NCBI GenBank assembly: GCA_051362555.1
Contig: CM120643.1
Location: 25,610,848 to 25,674,847 of the forward strand
Direction of reading: 5' to 3'
Length of the DNA: 64,000 nucleotides
From: Lingula anatina
Taxonomy: Eukaryota; Animalia; Brachiopoda
Under the pieces are notes generated by a model, which worked only from the letters and a program-made list of their open reading frames with translations, had not been told where the DNA came from and did no database searches. A program made the position numbers and the translations under genes. Below, piece by piece: positions 25,694 through 37,271 of this stretch (the stretch's first letter is position 1; the number at the start of each line of letters is the position of its first letter).

Positions 25694-27960
25694 TCCTGTT
25701 TGGTTGCACTTGAAAATTAAAGGAATACCATTTCTCTGAGATATTTGTTTTGGGTTTCCACTGAATTTTCCTGTCTCGCCTCTGTGGCGATTGTACTGAA
25801 TTGCTGCAGAATTTCGTTCGTTATGAGTTACGTATTTGTCGTTAATATGCTCAGAACCCTCCAATGCCGTTTCCGGGCACTTAGTATTACACGAGATTTT
25901 CCATAATCTTTCCTGGATTTCTTTAACTTCAAACCCGCATCCGATGCATTTTCTGGGAAAACGTCGAGTTTTTTGGCTACTGGCTTCACAAACTTGATCG
26001 GGGATAAGTAATTGGGTTCCTCGTAATTAATTAACCTTCTTTTGCGCCTGATGCCCAGCCGTTTCCTTTCAGCACGATGATGTTGAATGTGTTGAAAAGC
26101 TGAGCTACTCCTATGTTCATGCTCAGTTCAGCCTGTTCACATGACTTAGCCAATGTTGAGTGCTTGTACAACTACGAGGTATTGCTCAGAAAGTGAAAAA
26201 CCAGTTGTCCTCGGTTGCACTTTGTCAAAAAGTTTGAAAAACGCAGAATAGATAGCGTCCCGTTCTCACTACCACGCACTAGGTTTCTATACAGCTAGCG
26301 TGCCCAGGTCGGGGCAATAAGGTGCAGGGTTCTTTAAGTTTCTTCCTAGAATATCGTGCTGAACGCTGTCGGATTCGACTCTCTGTCTTCGGCCTTCAAG
26401 CGCACAGTTGGCGTCTGAGGCTTAATGTCACAGATCATCGCTGAACTGCCGACCCTCGGCTAACATTACCTAACTTATTGTTTCGGTTCAAAAAGCACAA
26501 TTGAAGGAGGAAAGGAAGCGAACGCGACAGCTCGGGTTTCGAAAAAGTCATTCAAAAGAAGGCGATGAGAATCTCCACGGCAGAGAGTTGGTATATCTGA
26601 TCTAAAAAGTGCAATTACAAAGTCGACTGTTCCTGTTGTGAAGAAATGAAGTTGAATTTCAATTTTTTTATCCAAAGAATGCAGCATTGTGTTTCGCCTT
26701 TCTGTCACTCAACAGGTTGGTGTAATTACGGGTCAAATCCCTCATTTATCACTTCAATACACTGTAAGAAATTAATTGAAGTGAAAATTACATGCTGTGC
26801 TATAAGAAAACATTAAGTGACAAAGCTATTATTATTATTGGGGATATATGTTGTACCCACATTGTGTTTGTTGGGACGAGATTTTGCATTCGATGAAGGC
26901 GCTCGGATAGCGAAAAAAAAACCAATATACTGTATATAAAATATATAAAGATGCAGAAAACGATTACAGGGAAGATGCATTACATAAAACGCACATATTT
27001 CCCTAAAAATATTAATAATTTTTGTACGAAAGAAATACATGTAACACGTCTGAATAATCAGCCTCTAGCCGTCCTATTTACGCTTTCAAACAAAAAAGTG
27101 ACTACTGAAAGAAAATCTTAGCACTCTAGTTATACAGAAATTGCGAATATTATCAGAGATATATAACTTGACGCACCTTATAATAAGTGGATCACCCCAC
27201 CTTTTATTTCTGAATGTGATCAATTTCACCACTCGCCACGGATTTAACTGTATCATTTAGTATTAAAATACTACAAGTCATCAGAACTGAGCACGCACAA
27301 GATAATTTTTTTCGTTAATTCTTCCATACAAGTAAACCTTTACGTGGAATATTTACATTTATTGTACTTATCCCATTGCCTATCCCATTGGCTTATCTCA
27401 TGCTACTGTATAAAAATAATGCAAAATGTTAAGTTGGCCAGGATTGCTCATCAGATGAATAATTTTGAGGAACCCTGCATATTATGCTCGCTGTAATGAA
27501 AACGCACTTGCCTTAAAATAGCAATCTAGATTTCAAGTATAAAAGAAAAAACATTAATTGTAATTGTCTCCTCTGATCAATATAAAAAAGCCACACTGTA
27601 TATTAAATTCTTTTATTTTTTTTTCAGAAATTCAATGATTCATATGCATCAATCAATGCATTACAGGTACCCAACACGATAATGCCATAAAATGCCATAA
27701 AAATGTATAAAAATAGCTCACAGAGTTCACACAGTGTTTTATAAACTGTTCCAAGCTGTGTAACTGTAATGTACTCTTGTGAATATTGGAGTTTTGCCTT
27801 TATTGTGTTATTACAAGTGTCAGTGATTCAATCAGTACAATTCAATGACAGATCTGAGGGGAGAGGAGGGGGGGGGGGTGATATTACTGACTCAAGCTCA
27901 TCATGATATATTACACCCTTGTGAGGAGAGGGGGGAGGGGGCGTGGGCAGGGGCAAAATG

Positions 27961-30900
27961 CTATCGTACTTCCACTGCAAGATTATTAATAGCAGCCTCG
28001 GTGATAAGTGCATGTATCTTATTGGCCTCCTCCTGATGTACTGCCCTGTCCATATGCCTGTATGTTATTCTGTAGCAGTGGCTGGTTCGACCCTTCTTGG
28101 GGTGTGTGAAATTGTCAATGAGTTCCACCTGTTCCACCATGTCACTCCCCAGGCCACGCACCAAGTCGTAGAAATCATTTTCAGTGTAATTGTCCGGGAT
28201 CCAAAAGGAGATGTCATTGTAACACTGGGGATGGACGCTCACGGGCTGAAAAAACAGCAGAAAATAAATTAAATAGATAAAACATGATTTAATAAATAAA
28301 TTAACCCAACTTGTGAAATACGTATACGAGCATACATTACAAGATCTGACTACATACTTACCTGAATGCTCTTTTAACCTTTCTTTTTTCATTTTTTTTT
28401 CTTTCTTCACACAATTTCAAACTCATGAATTCTTAATTCTTTTAGGTACATATGCTGTAAACTAAAGTTCATTTGCAAAGCTACCAGTGGCATATTGTGG
28501 CAATTGCAACCAATATTTTTACTTATTGCTACAATTGCAAATAGATCTTTACGGTAAACAGCAAACTTCCTAGAAATATCCAAAAATCTTAACATATAAC
28601 TCACTTTGTACTTAATAGGTGTATTGGCATCATCCACTCTGAACTGAGAGAGAAAGCCAGAGTCCTGGCTCCAGAAAAGGCGGATATCTGGGATGTCGTA
28701 CATCTTCATGGCCCACCTCTCCAGACCCAGGCCAAACGCCCAGCCCACCTTGTTCCCAGCTCCAGCTGAAATGTTAACAGTTTTCTTTTCAGCTCTAAGT
28801 TTACATTTTCAGTACAAGAAGCTGTCTTGTGAGAAACTACAATTCATAATAGAGTGCAAGTAACTCTTTGGCCCCATTCAGAATAAGGGACTATCTAGTC
28901 CGAAGGTCAAATATGGCAACCCAATACAAAGCTTGCCATCTTAACTGCTAATAGACACTAAACAGATATCCTGTGGGGAAGTATTCGAGTGGGTTGACCA
29001 TACATGACCCTCGGACTAGATAGTCCCCTATTCTGAGTGGGGCCTTTGAGTTTAATTGTTGTCTGAAGAAATTTCATATTGTAATTTAGAATACGCAATT
29101 CCCATCTTTTTAATTATAAGAAACAAACACACAAGACAATTTCACTCTTTACATTATATTTTATGATACATATGTAACTAAAACATTTTAGGATATGGTA
29201 GTAGCAGTATGCTAGCCTTTTATGCATTAAAAACCAAACAGGGCATTGAATGTTTTTAAATAATTGACAATCTGTGAATCTCTGATGTGCAGTTGCCCAA
29301 ACTCCTGTACGGATATTTACACCTAAACAATCTCCCTCTGAACAGCTAACACACAGTGATTACTGTGTATACTGGAAATGTCACCAACATCTCCGAAAAA
29401 CTTTCAGGACAGTTTGCCCACTAACAAACAAACAAGCAAACAAACACCTATGAAAATACAACCCACAGATGAAACTTGACCCATTAATAACATTCTGAAA
29501 ATACAAGCACAGAAGGTAATCAGCTTTATATGGGAGGTCCAGGGGGACAGAAATACATTATCCTAATAGCCTTATTTCTGGACAAAACCAGGAAAAATTC
29601 CGTCACTAAATTCCACACTACTGGCCAAGCTAATAATCACCTTCGTTTAGTATCTCCTGCTCCATGACCCCGCAGCCCAGCACCTCCAGCCACTCCCCCT
29701 TATACTTGATCTCCAGCTCCCAGGACGGGTGTGTGAATGGGAAATAACAATCCACCCACTGGGTCTCTATATCTGAAACAAGCAGTGAAATGTGGGAAAT
29801 AACAGTCCACCCACTGGCTCTCTATATCTGAAACAAGCAGTGAAATGTGGGTAATAACAGTCAACCCATTGGGTCTCTATATTTGGAACAAGCAGTGAAA
29901 TGTGGGAAATAGCAGTCCACCCACTGGGTCTCTATATCTGAAACAAGCAGTGAAATGTAGGAAATAACAATCCACCCACTGGGTCTCTACATCTGGAACA
30001 AGCAGTGAAATGTAGGAAATAACAATCCACCCACTGGGTCTCTATATCTGGAACAAGCAGTGAAATGTAGGAAATAACAATCCACCCACTGGGTCTCTAT
30101 ATCTGGAACAAGCAGTGAAATGTAGGAAATAACAATCCACCCACTGGGTCTCTACATCTGGAACAAGCAGTGAAATGTGGGTAATAACAGTCCACCCACT
30201 GGGTCTCTACATCTGGAACAAGCAGTGAAATGTGGAAAATGTTTGCTCAGGGCTCATTCCCAATGAAACTATCGTTCTATGTAGATTGATCCAACTCTGT
30301 GGAGACTCTAGATAAATACAATCAAATCAGCAGATTAACACGCCTCCCCCTGGCACTGAGCAGAATACAGAAAAGCTGATGATTATACAAGTATGCAGAT
30401 CTACTTAGAAAGTCTCACTGGGAATTCTCCCTTAGTTACAACAAATTTGGTTTGTTACACTTCCAAAATTGATATTTTGTCAGTATCACCTGAAGGAGAA
30501 GTAAAGAGTACCACATTCATATATAACATGGCTTTTTTCTGTCTATAAAAATACATTATACAGTAAGCGAAGTGCTAAGCATTTGAAAGTAATTCCAGTA
30601 TGTCCTAAGATGAAAACATCATTCAAACATACAAACACATACCTTTTCCAAATATATCATGAGCCAATCTTGTCAGTGTCCACTTCAGGTCGGCCTCCAA
30701 GAGAACGACGGCATCCTGCGTATGAGGGGCCTGCTTGGCTGGGATACGAGGGCCCTGCTCAAACACCGTCAGACCTTCCATGTCCTGTTCTGAGAATTTA
30801 CTGATTAAAAGCTGCCAAAGAAAGATTAAAAATCAGATAGTATCTGAAAATAGTTTGACTTAATGTAATGGACTCAAGAGCAATTAACTTTCAATAAGTT

Positions 30901-31902
30901 ATAAGTATATTAGTTAGTTAACATGTAGCCCAATTTTTTTTAGATCATTAACATTTGAAAGATGCTTTTAACACTTGCACAATCTATGGGATTCTCCTGC
31001 ATAAATTAAATCTTTATGAAGGGTAACCAATATTAGATGGTGGCATACAAGCCATTAGATCACATTTACACTCTATTGAAGATATTATCTTGGGATAGCG
31101 CTTCCAATTTTTCCCTTCAGCCAAATCACAATTTTTTTTTGTCAATTTGTTATATCCAGATGGTTGCAATTTGACTAAAACAACTCAATCAAGCCTTTTT
31201 GTTTAGCCAGTTTAAGCCAGTGTTAGCATTGGGCTAAACTGGCAAGTGTAAGCGCTACCCCAGGTTCTGTGACAATGATCCATTGAATTCCCATCTATAA
31301 ATTCATACCTCACGTTCTGTGAACAATCTCACACCTTCACACTGGTGGAACACTGGGTAATGGGACTTATCTATGGTGTCTCTTCTGTACACGTCTCCAA
31401 TCACAAGAAACTGGTCACAACCCATGCGAATCAAATCAGACTGATGAGCCGAGGTGTGGGTGCGAAGCACATGGTGCCTGTTTACATAATACGTATCTGA
31501 TGGTTTCCGGCTCACGTGGTCTTTTGGAGTCAATAAGCTATCAAAACATTGTTCAATGGTGACAACAGGTGGCAAGTCATCAACGACAGTAAATATCGGG
31601 TTGCCCCGTGGCTTGACGTAATTTTTGTAAAAGTGATCTCGAATCCTTTGCTTCAGTAAGTTCAGAGGGTGATATTTTCGATTATGAAGATTGCTGCCAA
31701 CTTTGGACAGTATATGTGGTGTCACATTTGTCATCTCATCTCTGGCATAAGTCTGGCTGCCTACTGTCACTGAAGTTTCTGGTGAGGAAACATCAGATTG
31801 AATTGAACTGCAGAAATGTCTGTGAGAAGCTCCATTCATTGACATAATTGAGGCACTGTATAGCCTGCCACAGATCCCCATGAACAGTTTGTACTTCATC
31901 AT
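27961..31902 (-). CDS. FARS2: Phenylalanine-tRNA ligase, mitochondrial
   Basis: Exons 31902-31309, 30811-30643, 29772-29641, 28765-28605, 28245-27961. Motifs: [78 protein letters not shown], and a C-terminal FDX-ACB domain (SHCYRITYR). The N-terminus resembles a transit peptide. Confidence 0.96.
28870..29044. mobile_element. Small hairpin MITE in FARS2 intron
   Basis: GGCCCCATTCAGAATAAGGGACTATCTAGTCCGA...TCGGACTAGATAGTCCCCTATTCTGAGTGGGGCC inverted repeats, TTT flanks. Confidence 0.75.
29741..30240. repeat. 55-bp minisatellite (~9 copies) spanning a FARS2 intron/exon junction
   Basis: Unit GAAATAACAATCCACCCACTGGGTCTCTATATCTGAAACAAGCAGTGAAATGTGG starts at 29741, 29796, 29851, 29906, 29961, 30016, 30071, 30126 and 30181. 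Confidence 0.95.
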
Positions 31903-32634
31903 CTTTTCTGAACCCGTAGCACCTACAACATTGAAAGGTGTTTTTATATTGCATGTTGGACTTAAAAATAACATGTAGTGATAAATTAACTTTCCTGGAA
32001 GTTTCAACAATATCCCCTTCATCACCAGGATATTAACTCTCCAAGCTGTTGAGAAAATTGTTTTCGATATATCTAAATATTTTAACTGCAATAACTGAAC
32101 ACCAATTTCAACCCCATTAAACACAAAAAATTAGAAAAACTGTAACTCAAAAACAGTCGACAATGTTACCCCAACCACAACCCCCTTTCTCCCCTTCTAG
32201 ATTTAATATGTTATGTTGCAAGACAACTTGACATACAAAACACAACAGATGCCTCCCCACGCGTCGTCCCAGGATTAAACGGTCCCCTTTTCATGTAGGT
32301 CGGGTATGTTTAGGCCGTGGACCAGCTAGCACTGGGCCCCTATCATACCAGTAGAATTAGCTGCTACTACAAAACTGACTCTATTTCATAGAGTTACCTT
32401 GCCACTAGCAGGTCTCGCCATGCAAATATTCAGAATTTTGGCTCTCAGGTAAAGCGGTTATGACGACCAACTTCCTTAACTCAATAAATTTACCTGCACG
32501 AAATATAATTATAAGTCAGGTAAGGTTGCAAAAGCGTCTTCCATGTCCATGCTCGACGTTGCCAGAAAGACAACAGATGGCGCTAATCAAGAAAAGCTAT
32601 GAATACTCCAAATAAAGTCAATATCCCCGCATCC

Positions 32635-33249
32635 CACCCTGAGCTTCAGAGCTAACTTGACACTAACCTTTTCACTGTAGCCTATCTCCATCGTGTCAAG
32701 TAACCTCTGACGAAAATAGTTTGACCTATTTTATATAAGCCAATCGAATCCATGTTTCAAAATTTTTCACCAAAGTTTGGTGAAAACGCTGATTGGTTGA
32801 TCGTCAATCGGCAATCCTCGGCTGATTCCGCAAGCTCCATACTAACAACATAGTTATTGTCGAGTGCGGAGACATCCGAGTAGTTCCGAGTGGTTCCGAG
32901 TGCATAACCGTACACAAAGAAAGCATGGAGTATATCGGAATTGAAACCAGAGCAGTATGATGCCCTGCATCATTATCTACTGAGAGACGATGTTATTTGC
33001 GTGCTGCCCACAGGTTACGGCAAGACCCTGATATTCAGCCTTATCTTTGATTGGTCCGGATTTGAACAAAGCGCGCTTTGACTCGTTCGCGTTCATTGGC
33101 TAGATCGTTTAATGAGTAATTGAGTGCGGGCTTTTAAATTTGATTGGCGGGCGGCGGAGGCAATCGAATCTGGTCAGAGGTTACTTGACACGATGGAGAT
33201 AGGCTACAGTGAAAAGGTTAGTGTCAAGTTAGCTCTGAAGCTCAGGGTG
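32635..33249 (+). mobile_element. Non-autonomous TIR DNA transposon (~77-bp TIRs, 8-bp TSD CCGCATCC) with an internal RecQ-type helicase fragment
   Basis: CACCCTGAGCTTCAGAGC... / ...GCTCTGAAGCTCAGGGTG; TSD at 32627-32634 and 33250-33257; 32938-33036 translates ELKPEQYDALHHYLLRDDVICVLPTGYGKTLIF. Confidence 0.85.
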
Positions 33250-33445
33250 CCGCATCCCGCACATAAGCCTTATGTATTTACAGATATATTAATATGTTCT
33301 CTGAATAAATTCTTTTGTTCACTTCTGTTCATATCGGCAATTTGCTTTATATTGATAGATTTAACGTTAAAATGTCGCCAAACCTCATAAATGACGAGAA
33401 TGTATTTTTGTACGGTTGAAATGGTAGGCCTACATGTAGGCCTAC

Positions 33446-34935
33446 AATACAATACAATACAATAAATTTTATTTCATGTCGGTTACAAATTGAATGGAAA
33501 CATTAGCTTTACAGCTATTCTCCGACTGTATAAGGACAAAAACATATCTACGATAATGCAATATTACACATGAAGTCTAGTGAAAAAAAAAAAAAAAATC
33601 TACAAAGAGTAAACAAAAACACGAAATCTATTAAGATAACAATTTAGAAAAAAGAGAAAAAAGTTTTTTATGGGAAATGTGCAGAATGCTATACCTAAAT
33701 CAACTGTGAAAAACACAATTTTACATACAATGCTCAATGATACAGTTATATAAACAATGTAAACATGACGTATTATTACACATTTTCACTAAAAGCATAG
33801 GGGGCCTATAGGTTACACAGGCTACATCTGCATTTGGGTCCTTCCCAAAGCCTTAAAAGTGATTTAAACTCATTTGAATTGATGCTTTGCTTTAAGTCAT
33901 TTGAGAGATCATTCCATATTTTTGGCCCAAGATATGATAAGGATTTTTTGCCATATGTCACTGTGTTAAATCTGGGAATATTTAGAGTCTTTTCTCCTCT
34001 AAGGTTGTAACTTGTTGTTCTTTCTTGGAAAAGGTCGGAGATGTAGGAAGGTGCAAGTCCATGTATAGCTTTGTAAACCTCAAGTGCAAGCATACGTAGC
34101 CTGTTCAAGTGCAGAGTGCTGAGGCCTGACATATTTAAAAGCTCGTCGTAACTGCTTGTGTGGTTGTCGTAGACAAATCTTAGACCCCTTTCCTGTATCT
34201 TTTCTAATTTTTTCATATTTCCCTCACCACAAAAGTGCCACACTAACGGACAATAATTAAAGTTTGATAATGTAAAGTGCCTGAAAATGGCAAGCCGACT
34301 TGGGACATCTAGATGAGCTGAAAGCCTTTTCAGAGTGTTTAATTGACATGCTGTTTTTGAACATAGTTCTGAGATGTGTTTGTTGAAAGTCAGTCTTGAA
34401 TCAAAGTAAACCCCAAGGAGCTTGACCCAGGGTTCTGGTTTCACCAATTTTCCATTGAAAGATAATTGCTCATCACTATGGTTGACTCCTGTTTTGCCAA
34501 TAAAAATAGCTTGGAATTTTTCAGGGTCAGCTTCCATCTCGTTTAAAGAGAACCAGTTTATAGCATTTTGTGCATCATATTCGAGCTCCCTTTTTAAGGT
34601 ATCAAAGTCTGGGTGTGCAGCACTTAAGGTGTTATCATCTGCGTAGTTGTAGAGGTTACAATTTTCAATAGAATGAAAGATGTCATTTATGAAAATGTTG
34701 AACAGCAGGGGACCAATGATGGAACCTTGAGGAACACCTTTATGTAGATTTTCCCAACAGCTTAGAGTATCGCCGACTTTCACTCGCTGTTTTCTTTTAC
34801 TCAAGTAGCTGTGCATTATGTCTAAGGCATTTTTGTCGAGACCATATGCCTCTAATTTGGCAAGTAGTAAAGTGTGTGGTATACTGTCAAATGCCTTCGA
34901 TAGGTCCATTAGAACTGCGCCAACATATTTGTTTA
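33446..34935 (-). mobile_element. 5'-truncated non-LTR retrotransposon (CR1/L2-group LINE): RT C-terminal half, 3'UTR and (ATTGT)n tail
   Basis: ORF 33806-34999 contains AVLMDLSKAFDSIPH, GVPQGSIIGPLLFNIFIND, YADD, KLLGVYFD and ends WEGPKCRCSLC; the minus strand ends AATAAA...(ATTGT)n at ~33446-33475. Confidence 0.93.
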
Positions 34936-34995
34936 GTTTGAAATTGAGATAACGAGAAAATAATTCTAAGAATGGACCTTGCGTTGAACCAAAGA

Positions 34996-35038
34996 TCATG
35001 ACATTTCGACCTTATGGCAAGTTCCTCTTCAGATGAAC
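34996..35038 (-). ncRNA. Second minimal hammerhead-like motif, opposite strand
   Basis: Minus strand GTTCAT-CTGAAGA-G-GAACTT-GCCAT-AAGGTC-GAAA-TGTC-ATGAT: intact CUGANGA/GAAA, GUC triplet, stem I TCAT/ATGA; stem II has a mismatch. Confidence 0.45.
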
Positions 35039-35109
35039 CGAATTGTAACAGTTTGCACTGCAGACATGAACATGCAAAGACCCCCGGAAATAAAGTGATT
35101 ATCAATTAT

Positions 35110-35153
35110 TATAATCCCCGAAGAAGGCCTAGGGGCCGAAAGCTTGGATTATA
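35110..35153 (+). ncRNA. Minimal type I hammerhead-ribozyme-like motif (Penelope/retrozyme-type), core U>C variant
   Basis: Stem I TATAATCC/GGATTATA, core CCGAAGA (consensus CUGANGA), stem II GGCC-TAGG-GGCC, GAAA, palindromic stem III AAGCTT. Confidence 0.5.
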
Positions 35154-35671
35154 TATGACATCTGTAAAGTAGATCTTCAGAGATGCATCAGTAATAATAC
35201 TTATTATTTCTACCTTTACCTATGCAACCTATGAAGTAGCGCCGCCCCCCCCCCCCCCCCCTCCATTAAGCGCTTTGTGGACTCTTCATCACATCATGAG
35301 GGTGTGCATATATATTTAGGGATATTCAATCTTGGCTGTGTACGCCGCTTCCAGCCAGTAAGCGAACTGAATGGTCACGATTTCTTTTTATTTTGAATAA
35401 TCATTTTGAAAAAAAAGTGGAACTCCGGAACAGACTGCTGTCACCGTCTGTGCCCACTCATAATGCCACAAAAATGTCTTGGTCATACACATGCAAATTG
35501 CCGCCAAACGTGAATGCAAAGATTGTGGCCGCATCGTCTACATTCGATAAAATACATTCACATAAAAGCTTACCAGGAGACATTATGTTAGTAATTTTAG
35601 ATTTTTGCTTGATCTAGGACACTGAGTTCTAGGTACGATACAGAGTTGTAGCTGGTGAGCGAAGACTCTTA

Positions 35672-36500
35672 GAGCGCATTATCAACGAATTAAGCCAGGC
35701 TTTACAAAGCCGGTGACCTAAAAATGGCGGACGTACATGAAAGAAAAACCGCCTAATCTTTTAATAGTCTCTCCGCCTCTCACACGCCTCCCCACACGTC
35801 GTCCCTGCGGGGTACAGTAATTAAATCTCGGCTCCGAACATTAATATTTCCGTGAATATCTCTGGTGATATTATCTCCGTAGATAGTCGATTCATTGCTG
35901 CTCTACGGGCCAAATTATTCCTTTTTCGTCTCTGTTTTCCCGCACGAAAATGAAGTAGATACTCCAGCGCAGTAGACTACTGCAATCATACTGCAAACAT
36001 GCTTCAAATCTGCTTCAATGTGGGAGCTAATTAGCATATTTGAAACATGCTTCTATCATGCTGCTAATCTACTGCATTTATGCTCCTCCTCTATACAACC
36101 CTATGTAATTTTTGAAGTAGAATTGCAGTAGGCTATACTGCATTTCTACTGCAAATATGCTCCACACCACTACTGCGTTACTGCTTCTTTGCTACTTCGA
36201 TACTACTGCATTTTCTTGCGGGTTCAAAGATAATAGAAGAGAAGAGCTTTTTTCCTTCGATCGCCTTCAGCCGCCATGCTTTCTTCACGAGTTTAACTGA
36301 TGTGCATGCGCACTTAATATTTCTCAGGTAGCTTCCGCATGGCGAACAGAGCCGAGATTTAATTACTGTACCCCGCAGGGACGACGTGTGGGGAGGCGGA
36401 GAGACTATTAAAAGATTAGGCGGTTTTTCTTTCATGTACGTCCGCCATTTTTAGGTCACCGGCTTTGTAAAGCCTGGCTTAATTCGTTGAGAATGCGCTC
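35672..36500. mobile_element. Non-autonomous PIF/Harbinger-like element, ~160-bp TIRs, TTA TSD
   Basis: GAGCGCATTATCAACGAATTAAGCCAGGC... / ...GCCTGGCTTAATTCGTTGAGAATGCGCTC, flanked by TTA; the interior has short CTACTGC repeats. Confidence 0.88.
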
Positions 36501-36657
36501 TTAAACATTCTCAGCGCGAAGAAGGACTGTGATGTTTGATACATGGATATAAAACAGAAGACTACTGACTCTCTAGTGTTCTCAGCGTTCTTTGTTTGGC
36601 CTACATTATGCTCTTTGGTTCAATTTGCGTTTCCAACTATGTATTACTTTAATTAAG

Positions 36658-36658
<1 letters not shown>

Positions 36659-36702
<44 letters not shown>
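36659..36702. repeat. (ATT)n microsatellite
   Basis: Direct inspection. Confidence 0.9.
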
Positions 36703-36704
<2 letters not shown>

Positions 36705-36858
36705 TGCCCTTTTTTCGACGGCTCGCCTTGGTTTCGGGGTCTCCAGAGGATGTCATCCATAAAATTATATGTGTGGTCTGACTATCTTTTTATTACAGGG
36801 ATAAAAGGTCAGTTACACACGCGCATGGAAGTGCTACGTGGGTTATCCGACTGTAAAA

Positions 36859-37240
36859 ATGGCTCAAAGGCGACACATGGTGTTTTTAATCCTTTTTATC
36901 TGTCTTATGTTGGACCCTGGGTTTGACGTGGGTGTGTGTCAAGGGACATCAATAGAAACATTCGTTAACAATTATTTCAGCACACTTGAGACTGCAAAAG
37001 AAAACATTGGTTCGTTCTACCATGTGAGTATTGAAGTTGAGATTCATTCATATTAGGCAGGTATATGAATCAGGGGGAAATGTGTCTTGAAAAAATTTGC
37101 ATTCAAAGAATCTTTGGGCAACACATTTTTCGCTGTGCACTTAGGGAGATAAACAGCGAAAAGTGTGTTGCCCAAAGACTCTCTGGATGCAAATTCACGT
37201 AAAATGCGCAACAGTATACAGTATATCTAATAATTGCCAA

Positions 37241-37271
<31 letters not shown>

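Noticed and set aside
25355-25864. 169-aa single-exon ORF as a gene on its own
   Set aside because: It has a non-ATG start and reads through a strong GTAAGT donor; only 25693-25465 is retained, as exon 1 of the EGF-like gene.
29741-30240. CRISPR-like periodic array
   Set aside because: Units are contiguous 55-bp tandem copies with no unique spacers, in a eukaryotic intron with no cas genes.
31923-32124. N-terminal extension of the FARS2 ORF in the ORF track
   Set aside because: It lies upstream of a clear acceptor (TTGTAG at 31923) and has a non-ATG start; it is intronic read-through.
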